A stretch of 64,000 bases of DNA from a virus (lineage: Duplodnaviria; Caudoviricetes), in IMG/VR virus record IMGVR_UViG_3300046694_000619; one strand, written 5' to 3'. A program made the translations under genes and the position numbers. The notes beneath the pieces were generated by a model. That model saw only the letters and a list, made by a program, of their open reading frames with translations. It searched no databases and was not told where the DNA came from. The number at the start of each line of letters is the position of its first letter. Positions within the stretch are counted from its first letter, which is position 1. Below, piece after piece: positions 29,944 through 37,590 of this stretch.

Positions 29944-30019
29944 GTGCGCTTCGTCTAGTGGCCCAGGACCCCGTCTAACAAGGCGGGAGACACAGGTTCG
30001 AATCCTGTAGCGCGCTCCA
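29944..30019 (+). tRNA. Glu-like tRNA body with 6-nt anticodon loop TAACAA
   Basis: TCGTCTAGTGGCCCAGGAC D arm as in tRNA-Glu; CCGTC-TAACAA-GGCGG. Confidence 0.65.
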
Positions 30020-30039
30020 GTAACAACAAAGCACATTGC

Positions 30040-30112
30040 ATGACTGTGGCGCAATTGGCAGCGCAGCGGTCTCCAAAACCGAAGGTTGAGAGTTCGACCC
30101 TCTCCAGTCATG
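30040..30112 (+). tRNA. tRNA-Trp(CCA), no encoded CCA end
   Basis: CT-CCA-AA, followed by CAA. Confidence 0.87.
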
Positions 30113-30131
30113 CAATGTGTTTTCCCCCTGT

Positions 30132-30208
30132 CTGGGCGTAATGTCAGTTGGTAGACGGCCGGCTTTGGAAGCCGGAGGCCGCAGGTTCGAGTCCTGTCGC
30201 CCAGACCA
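30132..30208 (+). tRNA. tRNA-Pro(TGG)
   Basis: TT-TGG-AA, CCA. Confidence 0.87.
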
Positions 30209-30220
30209 AATTTTTTCAAC

Positions 30221-30297
30221 ACTCGGGTCGTCTAGCTGGCCTAGGACACCGCCCTTTCAAGGCGGGCACGCGGGTTCGAATCCCGTCCCGAGTACCA
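30221..30297 (+). tRNA. tRNA-Glu(TTC)
   Basis: CT-TTC-AA, CCA. Confidence 0.9.
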
Positions 30298-30313
30298 AAT
30301 TTCGAGGACAGTC

Positions 30314-30859
30314 ATGTTGACGTGCGTGAATTATAGGCCCGGCTTCGTGGCCAATCCGAATCCGATTTTCGATGCGCTGTGGTCCGAGCTGGACTGGGAG
30401 CGCAGAGGCTCGACGCCCAGGCGTGAGTATTACTGCAACGACGTCGGCGTGCCGTATGTCTATGGCCGCGGCGCCGGCGTACGGGAATACCTGCCCAAGG
30501 CCATGCATCCCGCCCTGGCTGCCCTGAAAGGCGAGACGGAAGCCGCACTGAGCACCAAGTTCGAAGTGGCCTTTCTGAACGGCTACGAGGACGCCCGCGA
30601 CAGCTTGGGCTGGCACGCGGATGACAGCGAGTCGATGGATGACAATCGTCCCATCGCCATCCTGACGCTGGGCGCGGAACGCGAAATCTGGTTCTGCCGC
30701 AACACCGACCGCTCCGACATCACGAAGCTGGTGCTGGGCAACGGCAGCCTGTGCGTCATGGCGCCGGGCATGCAAGATACCCACCTGCACAGAATCCCCA
30801 AGGCGGGGTTCGAGTGCGGCCCGCGTATCAGTATTACATTCAGGGGTTACGTAGCGTAG
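30314..30859 (+). CDS. AlkB-family 2OG-Fe(II) dioxygenase
   Basis: FLNGY.D.RDSLGWHADD, H.IPK, RISITFR. Confidence 0.9.
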   Translation: MLTCVNYRPGFVANPNPIFDALWSELDWERRGSTPRREYYCNDVGVPYVYGRGAGVREYLPKAMHPALAALKGETEAALSTKFEVAFLNGYEDARDSLGWHADDSESMDDNRPIAILTLGAEREIWFCRNTDRSDITKLVLGNGSLCVMAPGMQDTHLHRIPKAGFECGPRISITFRGYVA

Positions 30860-30980
30860 TCCTGAAGGGGTTGCTTCATGCTGCCCTGGCGCCAGGTGTA
30901 GACCATCTGGCGCCGTCTCTACAAGTTGTCGTAGTGCCTATTGCATGGTATATTAAACTCCCCATCATAAGGAGTTTCCC

Positions 30981-31169
30981 ATGAATTACTCGACGGCTCT
31001 GTCGTTTGCTGTTCCGGTCTTGATGCTCATTGCAACCGTGAATCTGGTTGCGTACTGGGCTCGTAACGCAAAGAAGGTAGCTGACGCCCGGCTGCGTGCG
31101 CATTACGATGCGCACCCCGATAAGGCTGAAGCTCGTGCGCTGATGCGCGCAGCAGGCTACAACGTCTGA
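30981..31169 (+). CDS. Small membrane protein
   Basis: AAGGAG RBS, one TM segment. Confidence 0.55.
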   Translation: MNYSTALSFAVPVLMLIATVNLVAYWARNAKKVADARLRAHYDAHPDKAEARALMRAAGYNV

Positions 31170-31227
31170 GCGTAACGCCGGCGTTGTGCTCCGTCCCAGG
31201 TCGGCCAACACCTGGAAAGAACACCTT

Positions 31228-31303
31228 GGGGGTGTAACTCAGTCGGTAGAGTGCCTGACTCTTAATCAGGAAGTCGCGAGTTCGAGCCTCGCCGCCCCCA
31301 CCA
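31228..31303 (+). tRNA. tRNA-Lys(CTT)
   Basis: CT-CTT-AA, CCA. Confidence 0.9.
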
Positions 31304-31311
31304 CGATTACT

Positions 31312-31402
31312 GGAGAGCAAACCTGGCAGGGCTGGGCGCCGATTCGAAATCGGTTGGAGTGGCGAAAGCTGCTTGGGCTTCGAGTGCACCTGCTCTCCGC
31401 CA
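31312..31402 (+). tRNA. tRNA-Ser(CGA), (8/4)-type fold
   Basis: 8-bp acceptor GGAGAGCA/TGCTCTCC, 6-bp D stem, long variable arm, G73. Confidence 0.8.
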
Positions 31403-31408
31403 GACAAT

Positions 31409-31486
31409 AGGACCGTAGCTCAGTTGGACCAGAGCGCCGCGCTACGAACGCGGAGGTCGGGGATTCGAATTCCTCCGGTCCTACCA
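31409..31486 (+). tRNA. tRNA-Arg(ACG)
   Basis: CT-ACG-AA, CCA. Confidence 0.88.
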
Positions 31487-31497
31487 TTTCATTTCTT

Positions 31498-31573
31498 GCC
31501 TCGGTAGCTCAGCTGGTAGAGCACTGCACTGAAGATGCAGGTGTCGCTGGTTCGATTCCAGCTCGAGGCACCA
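31498..31573 (+). tRNA. tRNA-Phe(GAA)
   Basis: CT-GAA-GA, CCA. Confidence 0.9.
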
Positions 31574-31590
31574 CCTTCCGGAGCTTGTCT

Positions 31591-31917
31591 ATGGTCGCGT
31601 ATCCCGTGAACTACACAGACGAGCAGCTTGGAAAAGCCTACGCGGCCGGGATGCTGCGAAAGACCAAGCTTGAGGATGGCCGCTATTACAGAGGCGAATG
31701 TCGAAACGCGAGCGTCGCGCGCTGGTGCGCCGAACTGCAAGCATTCGTGCACTGGACCTTCACGATGGGCGGCTGGCATCTGGACCTCATCCATCATCCC
31801 GACGACGAGAAACGGTATGACGTGTTTCTCGCGTTCGAACGCGTTGAACCTTCCGCAGACGACGTCATCGCTGACGCCGAATACGAAGGGTTCGTCGCGA
31901 TGTATCGCAAACAATGA
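31591..31917 (+). CDS. Hypothetical protein
   Basis: GGAG RBS; GRYYRGECRNASVARW motif. Confidence 0.65.
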   Translation: MVAYPVNYTDEQLGKAYAAGMLRKTKLEDGRYYRGECRNASVARWCAELQAFVHWTFTMGGWHLDLIHHPDDEKRYDVFLAFERVEPSADDVIADAEYEGFVAMYRKQ

Positions 31918-31928
31918 GACTGCAGCGG

Positions 31929-32005
31929 GGTGGCCGTCGCCAAGTGGTTAAGGCCCGCGGCTGTGACCCGCGCATGCATGGGTTCAAATCCCATCGGTCA
32001 CCCCA
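31929..32005 (+). tRNA. tRNA-His(GTG)
   Basis: G-1:C73, CT-GTG-AC, CCA. Confidence 0.9.
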
Positions 32006-32068
32006 CTGCAGTCTCGGACAAAACGTTTTTTCAGTCAGGTTTTTCAATCAACCAACAGGAGCTTCGAT

Positions 32069-32320
32069 ATGCATCGAAAACCGAAGCTGGCGCCGCGTAA
32101 CCCGTTCGTGGCGTCCAGTCTGTTTCGCAAAGCGGGTACGCATGACAAGCCGCACAAGGCCACGCGCCGTGCGGACAAGATGGACTTACGGCGTGTAGCT
32201 CAACTGGCAGAGCAAAGGGCTTTTACCCCTGAGGTTCTGGGTTCAACTCCCAGTGCGCCGACCATCCGAGACATCAAACACATACCGATGTGCAGCAGCA
32301 TTGCGCAGCTATCTGTTTGA
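32069..32320 (+). CDS. Small basic protein whose ORF reads through tRNA-Lys
   Basis: AGGAG RBS; 40 K/R/H-rich codons precede the tRNA 5' end. Confidence 0.55.
   Translation: MHRKPKLAPRNPFVASSLFRKAGTHDKPHKATRRADKMDLRRVAQLAEQRAFTPEVLGSTPSAPTIRDIKHIPMCSSIAQLSV
32189..32264 (+). tRNA. tRNA-Lys(TTT)
   Basis: CT-TTT-AC, CCA. Confidence 0.85.
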
Positions 32321-32348
32321 GGTTTCTCGTGTCGCAAGACACGCGATA

Positions 32349-32484
32349 GGTTTTGAATCGGCGGCGTGGATGGACACGCAGCAATCCGGACAAAGGCGAA
32401 TACGACTAGCCAAGCCGGATTGTGTGGAAGTTGGCCAGTCGTGCTAGCACCAGCGGGTGTCGAAACCTGCACGTTTCAAAACCA
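32349..32484 (+). ncRNA. tRNA-like structured RNA (GTG-GATGGA-CAC class)
   Basis: ggttttgaa/ttcaaaacc closing stem, D-like and T-like hairpins, ends ACCA. Confidence 0.55.
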
Positions 32485-32487
32485 CAT

Positions 32488-32561
32488 GGGGGTGTAGCTC
32501 TAAGGTAGAGCGCCTGCTTTGCAAGCAGAGGGTCCGAATTCGATTTTCGGCGCCTCCACCA
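32488..32561 (+). tRNA. tRNA-Ala(TGC)
   Basis: G3:U70, TT-TGC-AA, CCA. Confidence 0.87.
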
Positions 32562-32569
32562 ATCTTCCT

Positions 32570-32699
32570 GGTGACGTAGCTCAGTCGGTAGAGCGCGGAA
32601 TCCTGGGCCGGCTTCGCGTGGCGCTCCTTCGCTGCGCGGTGACTAATCGGCTCTTGGTTTGTTCCGAGGTCGGATGTTCGAACCATCCCGTCATCGCCA
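32570..32699 (+). ncRNA. tRNA-like RNA with ~60-nt hairpin replacing the anticodon loop
   Basis: Canonical acceptor, D and T arms, GCCA end. Confidence 0.75.
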
Positions 32700-32711
32700 A
32701 ACACGTTGTAT

Positions 32712-32802
32712 GGAGAGTAAACCTGGCAGGGCCGGGCGCCGGTTGGAAGCCGGTCGGAGCGGCGAAAGCTGCTTGGGCTTCGAGTGCACCTACTCTCCGC
32801 CA
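32712..32802 (+). tRNA. tRNA-Ser(GGA), (8/4)-type fold
   Basis: GGAGAGTA/TACTCTCC, TT-GGA-AG. Confidence 0.8.
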
Positions 32803-32811
32803 TTCATTTTT

Positions 32812-32888
32812 GCTTCGGTAGCTCAGTCTGGTAGAGCGCTGCGTTGAAGGCGCAGGCGTCGTTGGTTCAATTCCAACCCGAAGCACCA
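32812..32888 (+). tRNA. tRNA-Phe(GAA)
   Basis: TT-GAA-GG, CCA. Confidence 0.87.
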
Positions 32889-32909
32889 CATACAGGAGGT
32901 TTTCTTCTC

Positions 32910-33107
32910 ATGGGAACGGTAAGCCTTCACGGCCTGCGTGTGCTACGCCTTGAAAGGGCGTTGCGTGCGAGAGGCGTAAAAGATGTGAAGCTGGTGGTCA
33001 ACCCATCCGCTCACGTATCAAGAGACGCACTCACAGAGAGCGTTTGCCGGGTGCTCGAGGCCTACCTTGCGGGGAAGGTCACGGCGCTACCGCGCGGCAG
33101 CTTCTGA
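32910..33107 (+). CDS. Small hypothetical protein
   Basis: AGGAGG RBS. Confidence 0.6.
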   Translation: MGTVSLHGLRVLRLERALRARGVKDVKLVVNPSAHVSRDALTESVCRVLEAYLAGKVTALPRGSF

Positions 33108-33314
33108 GTGCGTTTCTTGAGGTCATAAACCGGGGGCAAGATAGGGCCATCGCGCGAACCCGTCACGCGTCGAGTAGCTGGCGTAAGCAGCTAATACTTC
33201 TTCGAAACTCCTTCGGGGTGTGCTCCGCTCATGCGAGTCTGTGCACTCCAAAGCAGTTTTGATTGTCCGGCCGTCTTCTCTGGCAGCCAGGGCTGTGCGC
33301 TTGCGCACGACCAT

Positions 33315-33391
33315 CTCCGTGTAGCTCAGTCTGATAGAGCGCCTCGTTCGGGACGAGGAGGTCGCAGGTTTGAACCCTGTCTCGGAGACCA
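33315..33391 (+). tRNA. tRNA-Pro(CGG)
   Basis: TT-CGG-GA, CCA. Confidence 0.85.
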
Positions 33392-33460
33392 TTTTTGAGG
33401 GAAGCGTCGCGTGTCGACGCATGCGGCGCCCCAGCGCGTAATCTGGGGCAACGATTTCTT

Positions 33461-33550
33461 GGAGGGTGAACCAGACAGGGTTTGGGCTCGCCTGCTAAGC
33501 GAGGCGTTTGGCGAAAGCTGAATTCGGTTCGATACCGACTCCCTCCTCCA
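33461..33550 (+). tRNA. tRNA-Ser(GCT), (8/4)-type fold
   Basis: GGAGGGTG/CTCCCTCC (one mismatch), 4-bp T stem TCGG/CCGA, CT-GCT-AA. Confidence 0.8.
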
Positions 33551-33559
33551 GGTTTCAAT

Positions 33560-33634
33560 GCTCGTGTAGCGCAGTGGTAGCGCACCGCTTTCACACAGCG
33601 GGGGTCGCTGGTTCGATGCCAGCCTCGAGCACCA
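33560..33634 (+). tRNA. tRNA-Val(CAC)
   Basis: TT-CAC-AC, CCA. Confidence 0.88.
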
Positions 33635-33642
33635 GTTCAATT

Positions 33643-34383
33643 TCACCTCAGGAGCGACATGACGGATTTGTCAGCCCAGAGTTGCGCACACAAGGCTGCG
33701 CGGTCGGGGCGGACCGTGGAGTCCGACGGTGCCGCAGATTCGATTCGCTCCCGCAGCGCTGCCATTCGTTCGCGCACCAGTGCTTCGTCGGCAGGAACGT
33801 AGCGACCCTCAGCATCCGCCAGGGGCAGCAGGGCAATGGGCTCATCACCAAACAGGTCGGCAGCGATGTCCGCGACAAAGCGCTCGTTGCCGTCGTCAAC
33901 CTCGACCCAATAGTGAGCGTGGCAGTTGCCCGCAGCATCGAAAAAGCCGGTGACTTCGCCGTCACCGGCACGAATGCAGGAGCTCATCTTCGGCAGGGAT
34001 TTCTTGACCTGCAGGTCGGCGAGATAGGCGGCGAACGCACAGCTCCCAGCGACCTGACCCAAGAATCCAGATTCGCACGCGCGGTCGAGAGCGCCGATGG
34101 TCTTTGTCAGCGCCGCGTGCAACGCTATCGAACTCGCCTGGCGCCCTTCGCGAATGGTCGCGCCCGCGGCATCAATCTGATTGCCAATCTCGCGGGAAAC
34201 CTCTCGCGCGTCGAACGAATCCTTGGCAGCGAATTTCACCTTGACTGTCAAATCCTCGCCTACCGGGTACCAGCGCTCTTGAAATCGGATACGCGCGCCT
34301 GCATAGAGCGGGGCGCGGACGTGTGCGGTAAAAAGCCACTCTCCGTCAACGCGTGTGGTTGTCGAGGTTACGAAGTACGACAT
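33643..34383 (-). CDS. Hypothetical protein (possible Cys-His-Asp papain-like fold)
   Basis: AGGAG RBS; GSC...HYWVE...ADIAADLFG. Confidence 0.6.
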   Translation of the reverse strand: MSYFVTSTTTRVDGEWLFTAHVRAPLYAGARIRFQERWYPVGEDLTVKVKFAAKDSFDAREVSREIGNQIDAAGATIREGRQASSIALHAALTKTIGALDRACESGFLGQVAGSCAFAAYLADLQVKKSLPKMSSCIRAGDGEVTGFFDAAGNCHAHYWVEVDDGNERFVADIAADLFGDEPIALLPLADAEGRYVPADEALVRERMAALRERIESAAPSDSTVRPDRAALCAQLWADKSVMSLLR

Positions 34384-34456
34384 GATTTCTCCTGAAACAT
34401 GTCCGTAGTATACAAAGTAATTTGCGTAGCGACAACTACGCAGAGAGTTGATGAAT

Positions 34457-34532
34457 GGGTACCTAGCTCAGTTGGAAGAGCATCGCCTCGACACGGCGAA
34501 GGTCGGCGGTTCGAACCCGTCGGTACCTACCA
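34457..34532 (+). tRNA. tRNA-Val(GAC), C33 variant
   Basis: TC-GAC-AC, CCA. Confidence 0.87.
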
Positions 34533-34540
34533 GTTTTGAT

Positions 34541-34619
34541 AGGGGAGTGGCGCCGAGCGGTCTAAGGCACCGGGTTCTGACCCCGGGTTTCGCAGGTTCG
34601 AATCCTGCCTCCTCTTCCA
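34541..34619 (+). tRNA. tRNA-Gln(CTG)
   Basis: TT-CTG-AC, CCA. Confidence 0.85.
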
Positions 34620-34626
34620 GCTTTAC

Positions 34627-34705
34627 AGGCCCGTAGCTCAGGTGGATTGAGAGCGCGACACTACGAATGTCGAGGTCGGGGGTTCAAGTCCCTCCGGGTC
34701 TACCA
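34627..34705 (+). tRNA. tRNA-Arg(ACG)
   Basis: CT-ACG-AA, CCA. Confidence 0.88.
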
Positions 34706-34769
34706 TTAAAGCATAGTTGCCATTAAGCATTTTTAATGATATAATGCAAAGCATCAGTAGTGCACACCT

Positions 34770-34856
34770 GCCCAGGTGGCGGAATTGGTAGACGCGCAGC
34801 GTTGAGGTCGCTGTGTCCGAAAGGACGTGGGGGTTCGAGTCCCCCCTTGGGCACCA
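34770..34856 (+). tRNA. tRNA-Leu(GAG)
   Basis: Class II, TT-GAG-GT. Confidence 0.92.
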
Positions 34857-34872
34857 TTTTTTGAGGTATGTC

Positions 34873-35073
34873 ATGGCCAACGATGAAGTCGTCGTCGAGC
34901 TGAACTTCAATGCGGCACCGCCGCCGAAGTGCAAGCGATGCGGCCGCGACAAGGGAAGTCACAAAGCAGTGACGCTGCATTGTCCGATTGGACGCGGCAA
35001 TTTCCCTTCTTTCGCGATGGCCAAGCTATACGAGCCCCGCACGCCGCGCTTAAAGCGGTCAAAAGCGGGCTGA
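34873..35073 (+). CDS. Small Cys/His (zinc-finger-like) protein
   Basis: GAGG RBS; CKRCG...H....HCP. Confidence 0.55.
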   Translation: MANDEVVVELNFNAAPPPKCKRCGRDKGSHKAVTLHCPIGRGNFPSFAMAKLYEPRTPRLKRSKAG

Positions 35074-35084
35074 AGTAGTACAAC

Positions 35085-35169
35085 GCTCCGAATGGCGGAA
35101 TTGGTTAGACGCCTTGGTCGTACCAGGGACCGCAAGGTCGTGTGGGTTCGAATCCCGCTTCGGGCACCA
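35085..35169 (+). ncRNA. tRNA-Leu-like RNA with shrunken anticodon loop
   Basis: Leu-type D arm, variable arm and A73-CCA; anticodon arm CTTGG-TCGTA-CCAGG. Confidence 0.7.
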
Positions 35170-35336
35170 GATTCATCTCTTTGTATGGCACTTGCGGCTA
35201 TACCTGGGGATGATGTCGAGCCTTCTGGCTGTTAGACCTGCGCGACATAAAAGGAACTGCAGGCGAGTCATCCGCACTTTCAGTAGGAGTCGGCGGCAGG
35301 GGGAGTGCCTGCATCCTTTCAACAAGGTTTTTGAAC

Positions 35337-35612
35337 ATGCGCTCGTTGGTTTTCGCTTTTTTGGTTTCGTGCAGCCTCCCGCTCGCCGTCCTTGGATGCA
35401 GCAACGGGAATGCGGTCACGTCCCAGCACATTGCTTTGGCATCGGACAAGTGCGCGGCAAACGGTGGCCTGAAGCAGGTCGAGCGGGCCGACGCCACTCG
35501 CATGAGCGAGAGCTGCGGCTACAAGTGCAGTCGCTACACCGGTCAGATAGAGTACGAGGCCCAGTTCTCTTGCAAGAACGGCGCGCACTTCGACCTGACC
35601 TGGCAAGAATAA
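35337..35612 (+). CDS. Putative lipoprotein
   Basis: Lipobox-like VLGC, Cys-rich. Confidence 0.6.
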   Translation: MRSLVFAFLVSCSLPLAVLGCSNGNAVTSQHIALASDKCAANGGLKQVERADATRMSESCGYKCSRYTGQIEYEAQFSCKNGAHFDLTWQE

Positions 35613-35620
35613 GGAGCAGC

Positions 35621-35854
35621 ATGAGCGAGCGCAAGCAGGAGTGGCAGGCGTACCGCGTGCGCCGGTTCTTTCGGACGCGGCACTATGTGGCGTGTTGGAT
35701 AAACGGTTATGAGTTCCTGTATGCCCATGCCGGCAAGCCTCGCTACTTCGCAGAAGCGGCTGACGCAATAAAGTTTGCTGAGTATCTGAGTCTGCCTGAA
35801 GCGGAGCGGCAGCTCATTGACTATGCGGAAGCCTACGGCGCGTTCTACGCGTAA
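35621..35854 (+). CDS. Hypothetical protein
   Basis: AAGGAG RBS. Confidence 0.6.
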   Translation: MSERKQEWQAYRVRRFFRTRHYVACWINGYEFLYAHAGKPRYFAEAADAIKFAEYLSLPEAERQLIDYAEAYGAFYA

Positions 35855-35894
35855 GAGCGTTAAGCCTTCGACCGCAAGCGCACTAAAGATTCAA

Positions 35895-35980
35895 GCCCTT
35901 TTGGTGGAATGGAAGACACAGGAGATTCAAAATTTCCCGCCTTAAAAAGCGTGCCGGTTCGAGTCCGGCATAGGGCACCA
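35895..35980 (+). tRNA. tRNA-Leu(CAA)
   Basis: Class II, TT-CAA-AA. Confidence 0.88.
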
Positions 35981-35990
35981 AGTTTAATAT

Positions 35991-36068
35991 CGGGGATTAA
36001 TGTCAGTCCGGTAGACGGCCTGCTCCGGAAGCAGGAGGCCGCAGGTTCAAATCCTGCATCCCCGACCA
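35991..36068 (+). tRNA. tRNA-Pro(CGG), C33 variant
   Basis: TC-CGG-AA, CCA. Confidence 0.83.
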
Positions 36069-36227
36069 AATTTCGACCGCAGACTACGCGGTATCTCGCC
36101 GTCGTCCTGGGAAATCGCATCCGCGAAAGTACAATCGGCAGGGCTAGGAGCAGCGATGAAATAGCCGCCATCGCGCTCGACGCAAGAGGCCGGGCTGGTG
36201 GAATGCCAGTCGCGAATGCAACACGAT

Positions 36228-36303
36228 GCGTCCGTAACTCAGTGGAAAGAGTGCCACCCTCCGAAGGTGGAAGCCGGCCGTTCGATTCGGTCCGGACGCG
36301 CCA
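36228..36303 (+). tRNA. tRNA-Arg(CCG)
   Basis: CT-CCG-AA, CCA. Confidence 0.87.
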
Positions 36304-36551
36304 GAACTCTGGCTCAGCCAAGATTTCGCTGGGCTGGTACGAGCACCAACCTCTCGGCCCCGGTCATCTATCGGGAAAGTACTGGGAGGTCGTCTGCCCC
36401 GACGTGAGTTAAGTGGGCATGGCGCTCCATAGGAGCCCGCTGGGAAGCCATACCGCAGGTCGCCCCTGTGGCCAAAATCCCGGCACACAAGAGCTGTACG
36501 ACAGAAGGGGCCGTTCGATTCATCGGACGGCCCCTTTTTGCATTCCGCGCT

Positions 36552-36639
36552 GCCTGCGTGGTGAAATTGGTAGACACACCTGGCTTAAGACCAGACGCTG
36601 CTAGTCAGCATAAGGGTTCGAGGCCCTTCGCAGGCACCA
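36552..36639 (+). tRNA. tRNA-Leu(TAA)
   Basis: Class II, CT-TAA-GA. Confidence 0.88.
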
Positions 36640-36712
36640 GTCTCTACGCAAAACGCTCATTATTTGATATACTAAAAACACATAAGCTCAATTCGCATGG
36701 CCCGTCAGCACG

Positions 36713-37390
36713 ATGACCTTTTTGTCTTCCATCCATCTCGGCGCATTCCTCAAGCTGGGTCTTCTCGACCTGACGCTCGGGCTGAACAACGCCGTGCTCA
36801 TCGTGCCGACAATCATGTCGATTCCGGCGGCCATCCGTCGGCGCGCGATGCTGTGGGGCACGCTTGGCGCCATCGGTGTTCGCGCGCTGCTGTTGCTGTT
36901 GGCGGGAGCCCTTGTCGGGCTGCCGTGCGTCAATCTTCTGGCGGGCGGATACCTCGTCTACCGGGGCTATCGCATGCTCGTGTCGCACGACGCCGCGCCG
37001 GCGAGCGTCACGCCGCACCGAAGCCTGTTCCTGGCTGCAGCGGCCATTGCCGCGGCCGACATGACCATGAGCGTCGACAACGTGCTCGCACTGGCGGCTA
37101 CCGCACATGCACAGGGCAGCATCGTGTATGCCCTTGGAGCCATCTGCATGAGCATACCCGCCATCATGTTCGGGTCGAAGATGCTCTCGCACGTTGGTCA
37201 CAGGCTGCCGCTGCTCGTCTGGCTCGGCGGCGCCATGCTCGGCTATGTCGGCGCATCCATTGCTCTTTCAGACGTCGTAATGCCCGACAGCGACAGCTGG
37301 TTCGCGGATTACACGCCATGGCTGCTGGCGCTCTGCGTTGTTAGTCTGGCGACGCTTGAACGGCGTCGTGCAATGGCAACCGTGGTCTGA
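36713..37390 (+). CDS. TerC/YjbE-family membrane protein (second, divergent copy)
   Basis: DLTLGLNNAVLI, ADMTMSVDNVLA. Confidence 0.8.
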   Translation: MTFLSSIHLGAFLKLGLLDLTLGLNNAVLIVPTIMSIPAAIRRRAMLWGTLGAIGVRALLLLLAGALVGLPCVNLLAGGYLVYRGYRMLVSHDAAPASVTPHRSLFLAAAAIAAADMTMSVDNVLALAATAHAQGSIVYALGAICMSIPAIMFGSKMLSHVGHRLPLLVWLGGAMLGYVGASIALSDVVMPDSDSWFADYTPWLLALCVVSLATLERRRAMATVV

Positions 37391-37590
37391 GTACCAGGGC
37401 CTCCCGGTGAGATAAGTGTCATAGCTTGTCGCATGTGCTAAAAATCACCCTGCCGTCAAGCCAAGTATTTTGCTCACCAGCCATTGTGGCGAGCGCGTCC
37501 TCGATGTTAACTTTCTCCTGCGCGCCGCCCGGTGCGTAACCCATGCGGATGGTCCTGGAAACAGACCATCGCCACTAGGAGACGGAAAAT

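Noticed and set aside
35180-35315. 6S RNA or peptidyl-transferase-centre mimic (GCTATACCTGGGGAT, GATGTCG)
   Set aside because: A ggcactt/gagtgcc closing stem exists, but the matches are too short and out of order to support either call.
28127-36639. CRISPR array suggested by recurring GGTTCGAATCC / TAGCTCAG motifs
   Set aside because: These are tRNA T- and D-arm consensus sequences; there are no identical repeats with unique spacers and no cas genes.
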